Below are positions 16,646-24,583 of a stretch of 46,982 nt of DNA, piece after piece (position 1 is the first letter of the stretch; every line of letters begins with the position of its first letter). Source of the stretch: an uncultured Alphaproteobacteria bacterium (lineage in GTDB: Bacteria; Pseudomonadota; Alphaproteobacteria; MPNO01; UBA830). The notes under the pieces are model-generated. The model searched no databases and was not told where the DNA came from. It was given only the letters and a program-made list of their open reading frames with translations. The position numbers and the translations under genes are program-made. The stretch spans positions 1 through 46,982 of the forward strand of contig CAJQLI010000023.1 of NCBI GenBank assembly GCA_905479125.1. Reading direction: 5' to 3'.

Positions 16646-17716
16646 CTATTCCGCCGCGACGCCTTCCGCCTTCTGCTCATCCCCATAGAGACGGCGCAGG
16701 GTGCGCCGCATGGCGAGCAGGCCTTCATCGGCGGGAATGGTCCCACGAGGGTTGGCATCGCGATTGGGCGCCGCCGGGTCCATATCGATCGCACGCTGCT
16801 GGGCCTCATAAATATCGAGGTCTTCCTTCAGCACGCCATGCATCTGTTCAACGAACAGGTCGCGCATGTGATCGGGCACCTTGTCCTTGTGCCCGGCGAC
16901 GGTCCAGAACTGGTGGGTGGTGGTGTCAGTTTCCGGTGTCATCGCGTGATAAACGACAAAACCCCACTTGCCCTGATCATTGTTGCGGGTATCCGTATCG
17001 GCGCCAATGCCCGCATCGACCGAGCCGTTATTGATGTTAATATAGGCTGGCGGCAGGAACTGGCTCATCTGCCAGCGGTCGATATTGTTCGTGTAGCCTG
17101 CATATTCACGGAACGCCAAAGCCGGTTCGATATCTTCCATCCAGCGTGTTACGCGAACGTTATCGCCTTCCTGGTCGACCGACAGGTTTGCGGCTTCCGC
17201 CACCGCGCGGTTGCCGGTGGTCGAGCCGTGCACATAGGTCAGGTGCGACAAGTCGAGCAGGTTATCGAGCACGAGGCGGTATCCCGCCTTTACATAAGTC
17301 TGGCCCTGGGCACGGATCCAGTCTTCATCCAGGTTGTGTTTCGGGTAGTCGGGAATGGTCGCTTCATCCGCGAGGGCCGGGTCACCCGGCCAGTAAAACA
17401 CCCAGCCATGGCGCTCGACGACCGGAAAGGTGCGTACCGTCGCCCAGTCCGGCGGTTCGGCCGAGCCCGGCAGATGCGTGCAGGCGCCGGCGCAGTCATA
17501 AACCATGCCGTGATAGCCGCATTCGATCTCGTCACCGATCAACCGGCCTTCCGAAAGCGGCAGGTTCCGGTGCGGACACCGGTTTTCAAGCGCGACCGGC
17601 GTGCCGTCTTCCTTGCGGTACAGCACGACATATTCGTTCAGAAGAATTCGTCCGAGAAGGTCGCGCCCGACATCTTTCGACCAGGCGGCTACATACCAGG
17701 CATTTTTAAGGAACAT
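16646..17716 (-). CDS. Rieske [2Fe-2S] aromatic oxygenase, VanA-like (vanillate O-demethylase oxygenase family)
   Basis: 356 aa. The N-terminus is MFLKNAWYVAAWSKDV. The Rieske motif is CPHRNLPLSEGRLIGDEIECGYHG. Size and layout match single-subunit class IA oxygenases. Confidence 0.85.
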   Translation of the reverse strand: MFLKNAWYVAAWSKDVGRDLLGRILLNEYVVLYRKEDGTPVALENRCPHRNLPLSEGRLIGDEIECGYHGMVYDCAGACTHLPGSAEPPDWATVRTFPVVERHGWVFYWPGDPALADEATIPDYPKHNLDEDWIRAQGQTYVKAGYRLVLDNLLDLSHLTYVHGSTTGNRAVAEAANLSVDQEGDNVRVTRWMEDIEPALAFREYAGYTNNIDRWQMSQFLPPAYININNGSVDAGIGADTDTRNNDQGKWGFVVYHAMTPETDTTTHQFWTVAGHKDKVPDHMRDLFVEQMHGVLKEDLDIYEAQQRAIDMDPAAPNRDANPRGTIPADEGLLAMRRTLRRLYGDEQKAEGVAAE

Positions 17717-17781
17717 CGTTCTTCTCCCCGTCTGACGGCTTCCGATCTCGTCTGGCCGCGCTCAAGCAGCCGCGATTTTAA

Positions 17782-17790
17782 TCAGTATAC
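17782..17790. promoter_or_regulatory. TCAGTATAC half-operator candidate
   Basis: Lies 66-74 nt upstream of the VanA-like ATG and shares TCAGTATAC with 17828-17838. Confidence 0.4.
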
Positions 17791-17827
17791 CCCGTTAATA
17801 CCCGTTCACAACCGGATTCACACATTC

Positions 17828-17838
17828 TCAGTATACTG
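17828..17838. promoter_or_regulatory. Palindromic operator candidate TCAGTATACTG
   Basis: CAGTATACTG (17829-17838) is a perfect 10-bp palindrome, 18 nt upstream of the MarR-2 ATG in the divergent VanA-like/MarR-2 intergenic region. Confidence 0.55.
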
Positions 17839-17855
17839 CGGACTGCCCAGCCGAT

Positions 17856-18371
17856 ATGGTTTCCCCCATGACAGCCATAACAGAATCCGAAACGAACACC
17901 GGCGGCTCCCTCACCAGCTTATGGGAACGTCCCGGCTATCTGATCAGACGCCTGCACCAAATTCACGTCGCGATCTTTCTGGATGAATGCGCCGAGTACG
18001 GCATTACGCCGGTCCAGTATGCGGTGATGACGGCGCTGCTCAATGCACCAGGCGCGGATCAGGTCACCCTCGCCCGCGATGCGGGGATTGACCGCACGAA
18101 TGTCGCCGACGTCCTCGCCCGCCTCGCACAACGGGGACTGGTCAAACGTGAAGCCGGCACCCAGGATCGCCGGATGCGGATCGCCCGACTGACCGAAGAA
18201 GGCGACCGGATCGCCCGCGACATGGAGCACGCCTCGCTAAGCGCACAGGCAAAACTGATGGCCCCTCTTTCGTCCGACAAACGCGAATTGCTGATGTCGT
18301 TAATGGGTGAAATGGTCGATGCGAATAACGAGTTCAGCCGCGCGCCCGCCCGGAAAAGGCCCACCGGCTAG
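17856..18371 (+). CDS. MarR family transcriptional regulator (MarR-2)
   Basis: 171 aa. SLWERPGYLIRRLHQIHVAIFLDECAEYGITPVQYAVMTAL is paralogous to MarR-1 (DLWGRPGFLIRRLHQLHVAVFLEECGDFDVTPVQYAVLSVL). Confidence 0.85.
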   Translation: MVSPMTAITESETNTGGSLTSLWERPGYLIRRLHQIHVAIFLDECAEYGITPVQYAVMTALLNAPGADQVTLARDAGIDRTNVADVLARLAQRGLVKREAGTQDRRMRIARLTEEGDRIARDMEHASLSAQAKLMAPLSSDKRELLMSLMGEMVDANNEFSRAPARKRPTG

Positions 18372-18382
18372 CACCACCGCAC

Positions 18383-18414
18383 AAAAAAAGGGGCGGCCGA
18401 AGCCACCCCTTTGT
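18383..18414. terminator. Bidirectional terminator between MarR-2 and the TRAP binding-protein gene
   Basis: AAAAAAA-GGGGCGGC-CGAA-GCCACCCC-TTTGT. The 8-bp stem has one mismatch. Confidence 0.65.
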
Positions 18415-18433
18415 CGCGTATGCAAGCCCCGGA

Positions 18434-19435
18434 TTATTTCTTGGTCCGGGCAGCCGCTGCCTTGAGCAGCGCGTACATGTCTTTGGTCTTCTCGTTTTTG
18501 CCGAGGAACTCGTCACCGAGCGGCTTCACCTTGTCCATAAAGGTCTTCTGATCGGTTGCCGACAGGCGAATGACTTCAGCGCCATTATCCTTCCACAGCT
18601 TTTCAGCCCGCTTGCCGTATTCGGCAGCGGTATTGGTGTTCCAGTCGCTCATGCCGCTGAGCGAAGAAAGAACCGTCTTGCGCTGGGCGGCAGACAGTTT
18701 CTTCAGCCAGGCACCGCTGACCATGACGGTGCTCGGGATCATGCCACTTTCAACGACGGTGATCGATTTCGTTACGGTAAAGAATTTCGATCCGCCCATC
18801 ACGATGATCGAGCTGCGCACGCCATCGATCGTGCCACGCTGCAGGCCCGGGAGGACCTCGCTATAAGGCATGGGAACACCGGTGCCGCCAAACGAACGGA
18901 CAAGGGCGCTTTCCATCTTGGTTGCAAGCACCCGGACCTTCTTGCCCTTGAAATCCGCGAGGGTGCGGATCGGCGATTTACTGGCGAACGACGTCGGCCC
19001 ATAGACGTAAAGCGATGCCATGACCATGCCGCGATTGGCGGCAAGCTGCGAATACTTGCCGAAGAATTCGGGGTCGTTCAGGGCGCGATGCGCATGGAAC
19101 ACATCGTCGAACATGCCGGGTGCGTCAGGTACCTGGAAGTTCGGGTTGATGCCGACCAGGAAGCCCGGCGGCGTGATCAGCGCTTCGAGCGTGCCGAACT
19201 GCAACCCTTCGATCATGCGCGGGATGGAGCCGATCTGCGCGGCGGGGAAAACGCGGGGGGAAATGTTCAACGCCGCATCGGCCTTGAAACGTTTCTGGAT
19301 CTCCAGACCGATCGCATGCTGCGGATCGTTGATCGTCGCGAAACCGATCTTCATGTCCATCTGCGCGGTCGCGGCACCTGCATAGCCCGCGACGGCGAGC
19401 GCCGCGAACGTGCCAATCAATTTACGTGTCATCAT
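18434..19435 (-). CDS. TRAP transporter substrate-binding protein (DctP family), no DctQ/M nearby
   Basis: Signal peptide MMTRKLIGTFAALAVAGYAGAATAQ and DctP-like body. I chose the ATG at 19435, preceded by GGGAGA, over the TTG used by the track. Confidence 0.85.
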   Translation of the reverse strand: MMTRKLIGTFAALAVAGYAGAATAQMDMKIGFATINDPQHAIGLEIQKRFKADAALNISPRVFPAAQIGSIPRMIEGLQFGTLEALITPPGFLVGINPNFQVPDAPGMFDDVFHAHRALNDPEFFGKYSQLAANRGMVMASLYVYGPTSFASKSPIRTLADFKGKKVRVLATKMESALVRSFGGTGVPMPYSEVLPGLQRGTIDGVRSSIIVMGGSKFFTVTKSITVVESGMIPSTVMVSGAWLKKLSAAQRKTVLSSLSGMSDWNTNTAAEYGKRAEKLWKDNGAEVIRLSATDQKTFMDKVKPLGDEFLGKNEKTKDMYALLKAAAARTKK

Positions 19436-19520
19436 TAGCTTGTCTCCCAAAAATTAAAATCCTGTTCAGACTCTCACCGTCGGCCATTAGCCAAGCCGCA
19501 AACAGTCAGAATTCTTATCA

Positions 19521-19532
19521 TCAGTATGCTGA
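19521..19532. promoter_or_regulatory. Operator-like imperfect palindrome TCAGTATGCTGA
   Basis: Shares TCAGTAT.CTG with the site at 17828. It lies in the divergent TRAP-SBP/RidA intergenic region. Confidence 0.4.
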
Positions 19533-19629
19533 CGGGCTTCAATGCAAGTCAATAGCGTGACAGCGGCGTATGGCGTTAAATGACCGGCAATCGGAGCAGA
19601 AAAGCATCTTACAAACAGAGGCCATAAAA

Positions 19630-20034
19630 ATGAGCAACAAATCCGTCGGCACCTCTCCCGCAACTGTCGCCCCACCGATGAAACCCCATTACTCAAACAG
19701 CATCCGGACCAATAGCGGCCCGCTGCTTTTCGTCGCCGGACAGGTCGCCCTGGACGCGGATGGTAAGCTGGTGGGCGAAGGCGATATCCGGGCCCAGACG
19801 ACACAGGTCCTGGAAAACATCCGGGCCATTGTCGAGGCGAATGGCGCGACCATGGCGGATCTCGCACAGGTGACGGTTTACGTGCGCGACATCGACGCCT
19901 TCAGTTCTGTGTCCGATATCCGCGAGCATTATTTTCCGGCAGACGGCCCGGCTTCGGCAATCGTCGAGGTATCGGCGCTGGCCTGGCCGGAATTCCTGAT
20001 CGAGATATCGGCCATCGCCGCACTGCCCGCGTAA
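19630..20034 (+). CDS. RidA (YjgF/L-PSP) family protein
   Basis: LLFVAGQVALDADGKLVGEGDIRAQTTQVLENIRAIVEANGATMADLAQVTVYV...IEISAIA is the typical RidA pattern. The ATG at 19630 is preceded by AGAGG. Confidence 0.85.
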   Translation: MSNKSVGTSPATVAPPMKPHYSNSIRTNSGPLLFVAGQVALDADGKLVGEGDIRAQTTQVLENIRAIVEANGATMADLAQVTVYVRDIDAFSSVSDIREHYFPADGPASAIVEVSALAWPEFLIEISAIAALPA

Positions 20035-20630
20035 GGGGTCCCGTCGGCAGCAATAAGGCCGCGGGCTACCAGGTCGTCGACCGTGCGCTGGAACTGCTCG
20101 CCCGCGGCCGGGCGTTCCCACGCCTCCAGCCAGTTCTGTTCGATAAAAGCGTGAATGGCCGGCTGACCGAGCGCTGCCTCCCACAGGATACCGAGCAACG
20201 AGGCCATTAATTCCTCATGCTCCTTCACCGCGTCGGTCACGCAGCGTGCTGCATCCGCCTCTGCGACGCGGCCGGTTTCGGGGCCCGCACCGAGGCCGAA
20301 ATCTGCCATGGCACGCCGGTCCGGCGGAGCAATCTGCCAATGTGCGACTTCATGGATCAGGACTGAAGCCTCGCTCCGCGTGCGGATTGCAGCACCGTCC
20401 CAGCTGAAGCCCGAATCCGGTCCCTCGTGGATCGCTGGAATTCCGAATGACGCCACAAGGTCGAGGGCGGCGCGGCGATGCAAAGCCGTGTCATACGGCG
20501 CGTCAATCTCGGCGATCGTGGCTGCGATCAGGCCGAACGCCGCCAGCGCCGGCGTATCTGGGGGCAGGTAGGACCCAAAACGGTCAAGCGCCCGTGGCAG
20601 GGCCTCGCGGTCTATCGGTGTCAGTCTCAT
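19929..20630 (-). CDS. Hypothetical HExxH-motif protein, possibly EpmC-like
   Basis: 233 aa counted from the ATG at 20630. The segment ASVLIHEVAHWQIAPPDRRAMADFG resembles the E. coli EpmC segment ASAIHEISHWCIAGKARRELVDFG as I remember it. No signal peptide. The last 35 codons overlap the RidA gene. Confidence 0.5.
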   Translation of the reverse strand: MRLTPIDREALPRALDRFGSYLPPDTPALAAFGLIAATIAEIDAPYDTALHRRAALDLVASFGIPAIHEGPDSGFSWDGAAIRTRSEASVLIHEVAHWQIAPPDRRAMADFGLGAGPETGRVAEADAARCVTDAVKEHEELMASLLGILWEAALGQPAIHAFIEQNWLEAWERPAAGEQFQRTVDDLVARGLIAADGTPYAGSAAMADISIRNSGQASADTSTIAEAGPSAGK

Positions 20631-20827
20631 GGGGTCGCAATATAGACGGCTGCGACGGCAATTGCTTGCATTCGACACGCCGGACGTTAACGACCCCGCC
20701 AGCCTGATGCGGGCATCCCGAAACCGGCAACAATGGACGCCAGGCTCGCTAAAAATCAGGACAATGCGGGCATTCTGACCTATATGAACACTGTGCTCAT
20801 CGCCGAAAAGATATCGCAAGAGACTTC

Positions 20828-21604
20828 ATGACCGACTCCCCGACCCTTTCGACGACTGAAACGTCCCCGGCGCTTAGCGTGACCGGGCTGCGTAAATCCT
20901 ATGAGCTGGGAAAAGACAGCATCCCGGTGCTGCAGGGCCTGTCACTTGACGTCCAGGCAGGGGAACTGGTCGCCATCATGGGGCCCAGCGGGTCGGGCAA
21001 GACGACGCTGCTGAACTGTATTGCAGCCATCGACCGGCCGGATGACGGCGGGGTTGAACTTGCCGGGACGGCCATCGATTACGGATCGGAGCGGGCACGC
21101 ACCCTGCTGCGGCGACGCGACATCGGTATCGTGTTCCAGTTCTTCAATCTTATTCCGACGCTCAGCGTCCGCGAAAACATTGCCCTGCCGCAACAGATTG
21201 CCGGTGGCGCCCGTGATGAACGCGAAGCCCGGGTAACCGACCTGCTGGAACGGGTCGGCCTGAACGCCCGCAGCGCCCATCTACCCCACCAGCTTTCAGG
21301 CGGCGAAATGCAGCTTGTCTCCATCGCCCGGGCGCTGGTTCATCGTCCGGCCCTGCTGCTGGCGGATGAGCCGACCGGCAATGTAAATCCCGCCATCGGC
21401 CGCTCGATCCTGCAGACCCTGCGAGATACCGTACGCGAGGAAGGGACCAGCGTGCTGCTCGTAACCCACAGCCCGGAACACGCCGCCTGGGCCGACCGTA
21501 TATGCTTCCTGAAAGAAGGCGTTATTGCGGGCAGCGTCACCCAGTCCGGCGGGCCTGAAAATCTCGCGCCGATTTATGCCGAACTGCAACGGCTCGGCAT
21601 CTGA
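20828..21604 (+). CDS. ABC transporter ATP-binding protein (MacB/LolD/YbbA type)
   Basis: Walker A is GPSGSGKTT, Q-loop FQFFNL, signature LSGGEMQ, Walker B LLLADEPTGN and H-loop LVTHS. Confidence 0.9.
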   Translation: MTDSPTLSTTETSPALSVTGLRKSYELGKDSIPVLQGLSLDVQAGELVAIMGPSGSGKTTLLNCIAAIDRPDDGGVELAGTAIDYGSERARTLLRRRDIGIVFQFFNLIPTLSVRENIALPQQIAGGARDEREARVTDLLERVGLNARSAHLPHQLSGGEMQLVSIARALVHRPALLLADEPTGNVNPAIGRSILQTLRDTVREEGTSVLLVTHSPEHAAWADRICFLKEGVIAGSVTQSGGPENLAPIYAELQRLGI

Positions 21605-21607
21605 CCG

Positions 21608-23776
21608 ATGAGCGCCGCGGCGATCAAAATCCCCCTGAACATCAGACTGGCGTTCCAGCTTGCAGCCCGTAGCCTGAAACACCGCAAGATGATCGCGCTG
21701 GCCACCCTGCTGGGCGTTGCGATCGGCGTCGGCGTTGTCAACGCGGTCCTGATCGTCGATGCCAATACCGCGCGCGGCTACGAGGCGGAAGCGACGACGG
21801 AGCAGGAAATCGCCGGGTCGGCGCAGGCCGCCAAGACAGCAGGCCAGCAGAAGGTCGGGGCGAAAAACTTCTCCATCCGGATCGAACGGGTTCGCGATGG
21901 CGAAGTCCAGAAATCAATCGTGCCCACCCAGCGGGGCAGTGCCGGGCGCATCAAAGCGACCGATACGGCCCGGGCGCGTCCGGGCGAGGAAGACTATCAG
22001 GCCATGCGCCTCGCCGTGCGCATGGCATCGTTGCTCGCCTTTTTCATCGGCGCGGTGATCGTATTTTATACAATGCGGTACTCCGTCTCGACGCGGGCGC
22101 GCGAATTCAGCCTGATGCTGTGCCTGGGCGAAAGCCGGCGCAATGTAGGTGCCTCGCTGATGGCGGAAGCATCACTCCTCGGCGCGCTCGGCACCATCGT
22201 CGGGCTGATCGTCGCCTTCCCGGCCGCCGCCGCCCTGCTTGCCGCAGGTGTCTCGACAAACGGGCGGCGCCCCCTGCCCGGCTTCGAGATTCCCTGGTTC
22301 GAGCTCTCGGGAATGGGCCTGATCAGCCTCGTCATCGTCTATCTGGGCGTTGCCAGCCCGCTCCGCGAAATACACCGTCTCAGCATTCCCGATGTTCTGC
22401 AGCCACGCTTCCTGTCGAACGGCGAACGCGACGTACAAATGGCGCAGCGCGGCTTCAGCTGGCTGATCCCGCCAATGCTCGCCGCCGGCTGGATCGGTAT
22501 GCGCCCGTTCATGGAAAGCTGGCTGTCGGTTGTCTATTTCTTCCTGTTCGAAGCAGCCTTTGTCGGATTGCTGGCTGTGGCGACATTGTGGTGGCTGTCG
22601 CCTTTCCTGCGCGGCACGATCCGCGTGTTCGAAACCCTGTTCCGGGCCGTCCTGCCGCTGGAAACCTTCCTGACCGGTCGGCGTATGCGGCTGAACAGCA
22701 AGCGGCTGGTTTTTTCGGTCACCGGTGTAACCCTGGTGTTCAGCCTGCTGACCGGCCTGCACGATGTTACCCGCGCGCTCAAAGACGAAGTATCGACCTG
22801 GGCCTGGCGCGCCATGGGGGCCAGCTCGTATCTGGAACAACCGGCGGGGCGAGAAGTAAATGAAGACGAGCTTCAGGCCCGGCTCGCGACGAACGGCATC
22901 GCGCTGACGCGCATGTCCGCCAAGACCGGCGGCGTGTTTCCTATCCGCCTGATCCGCGGCGACGATGTGAATCCTCTGCTGCGCGCGCAGGGACAACCGA
23001 CACTGGACCCGGGCAGGGTCATCCTGTCGCGAACCCTGTCCATGCGCTACGACACCCGCGCTGGCGATATCGTCGTCTTTACCGACGGAAAGAAAGATCA
23101 CCGGTTTGAGGTCATCGGCATTTCCGACAGCGTCGGCTTTTATCTGGAAAGCGCGCAATACGTGGACCTTAAATCCTACGCCCTGTTCAGCGACGGCAAC
23201 CCGATTTTCGCCGACAACCTGGAAAAATCGCTGGGGCGCTATGCCTCTGCCCGCCCGTTCGGCGGCGTTCGGCCCTACCTGTCCAGAGCTCAGGAGGCCG
23301 CACTTTACCCGTGGTACGTCACGGTCAAACGCGGCAGGTACCAGGCCTATTGGCAAAGCCGCGAGATAGACCGGGATTTCCTGATCTTCGATTTCATTCT
23401 GCTCGGCACCGTGATTCTGGCAGGAATCGGGGTCGCCAACACCATGCTGATACAGGTCCGGGCCCGGGATCGCGAATTCGCCGTCCTTAAATCCATCGGT
23501 ATCAGCCGCGGACAGGTCGCCCGGATGCTGCTGATCGAAGGCACTATCATCGGCTGTGTCAGCGCAGCCCTGGCAGTCGTGATCGGCAACGGGCTGGGCG
23601 CAATCAGCGTCCGGTTTCTCGATCATTTCACCCTGTTCGACTACGCGCTTCGCATATCACTGCCGGCAACGCTGTATATATCGGCGCTCTGCGTGCTGAC
23701 ATGCGTGATCGCCTCGATCTACCCGGCCTTTATTGCCAACCGGGCATCTTCGGCGGAATCCCTGCACTACGAATAG
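21608..23776 (+). CDS. FtsX-family ABC permease with two FtsX modules (about 10 TM, YbbP/BceB-like topology)
   Basis: 722 aa. By eye there are hydrophobic helices around aa 28-50, 135-255 (x3), 285-385 (x3) and 600-712 (x3), with a roughly 200-aa soluble loop at about 390-595. The C-terminal FtsX motif is REFAVLKSIGISRGQV. Confidence 0.85.
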   Translation: MSAAAIKIPLNIRLAFQLAARSLKHRKMIALATLLGVAIGVGVVNAVLIVDANTARGYEAEATTEQEIAGSAQAAKTAGQQKVGAKNFSIRIERVRDGEVQKSIVPTQRGSAGRIKATDTARARPGEEDYQAMRLAVRMASLLAFFIGAVIVFYTMRYSVSTRAREFSLMLCLGESRRNVGASLMAEASLLGALGTIVGLIVAFPAAAALLAAGVSTNGRRPLPGFEIPWFELSGMGLISLVIVYLGVASPLREIHRLSIPDVLQPRFLSNGERDVQMAQRGFSWLIPPMLAAGWIGMRPFMESWLSVVYFFLFEAAFVGLLAVATLWWLSPFLRGTIRVFETLFRAVLPLETFLTGRRMRLNSKRLVFSVTGVTLVFSLLTGLHDVTRALKDEVSTWAWRAMGASSYLEQPAGREVNEDELQARLATNGIALTRMSAKTGGVFPIRLIRGDDVNPLLRAQGQPTLDPGRVILSRTLSMRYDTRAGDIVVFTDGKKDHRFEVIGISDSVGFYLESAQYVDLKSYALFSDGNPIFADNLEKSLGRYASARPFGGVRPYLSRAQEAALYPWYVTVKRGRYQAYWQSREIDRDFLIFDFILLGTVILAGIGVANTMLIQVRARDREFAVLKSIGISRGQVARMLLIEGTIIGCVSAALAVVIGNGLGAISVRFLDHFTLFDYALRISLPATLYISALCVLTCVIASIYPAFIANRASSAESLHYE

Positions 23777-23884
23777 CGGCGAACATTACAAAAGTTTAAT
23801 CGAGCGAAGCTTGCAGAACCGTCCCCTTCGCCCATACATATCTTAGAGCAACCGAATCCGATTTACCGGGAAATCAACCGAGCC

Positions 23885-24583
23885 ATGCGCGTTCTGGTCA
23901 TTGAAGACGACGCCGATGTCGCCGCCTATATCGTGAAGGCGCTGACGGAAGCCGGATACAATCCTTCCCATGCCGATAACGGCAAGGATGGGCTGGTGAT
24001 GGCAACCGCCGAAGATTTCGACGTGCTGGTCGTCGATCGCATGCTCCCCGGACCGGACGGATTGACGATCATCCGGACATTGCGGGCATCAGAAGACCAG
24101 ACACCGGCCCTGATCCTGAGCGCACTGGGCGATGTCGATGACAGGGTAAAAGGCCTGAAAGCCGGCGGAGACGACTACCTGACAAAACCCTTCGCCGCTT
24201 CTGAACTGCTGGCCCGGCTTGAAGCGCTGACGCGGCGGGCATCCACCAGGGGCACACCCGCGGAAACCAGACTGGCGGTCGGCGACCTGGAAATGGACCT
24301 GCTGTCACGTTCCGTCAGACGGGCAGGCACAGCCATCGATCTGCAACCCCGCGAATTCAGGTTGCTCGAATGCCTGATGCGCAATGCGGGCAACGTCGTT
24401 ACACGCACCATGCTGCTGGAAGGCGTCTGGGATTATCATTTCGACCCGCAGACCAACGTGATCGACGTCCATGTCAGCCGCCTGCGTCAGAAAATAGACA
24501 AGGATTTCGACACGCCGCTTATCCAGACGGTTCGGGGCGCCGGGTACGTGCTGCGCGACTCCGGGCGCAATTCGGGCCCATGA
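23885..24583 (+). CDS. OmpR-family response regulator
   Basis: Receiver domain (MRVLVIEDD...VLVVDRMLPGPDG...TKPF) plus a winged-helix output domain (LQPREFRLLECLM...VRGAGY). Confidence 0.9.
   Translation: MRVLVIEDDADVAAYIVKALTEAGYNPSHADNGKDGLVMATAEDFDVLVVDRMLPGPDGLTIIRTLRASEDQTPALILSALGDVDDRVKGLKAGGDDYLTKPFAASELLARLEALTRRASTRGTPAETRLAVGDLEMDLLSRSVRRAGTAIDLQPREFRLLECLMRNAGNVVTRTMLLEGVWDYHFDPQTNVIDVHVSRLRQKIDKDFDTPLIQTVRGAGYVLRDSGRNSGP

Noticed and set aside
24370-24579. 70-codon N-terminal extension of the histidine kinase ORF in the track.
   Set aside because: It lies wholly inside the response-regulator gene in another frame. The ATG at 24580 gives a normal TM1-first kinase and a classic ATGA coupling.
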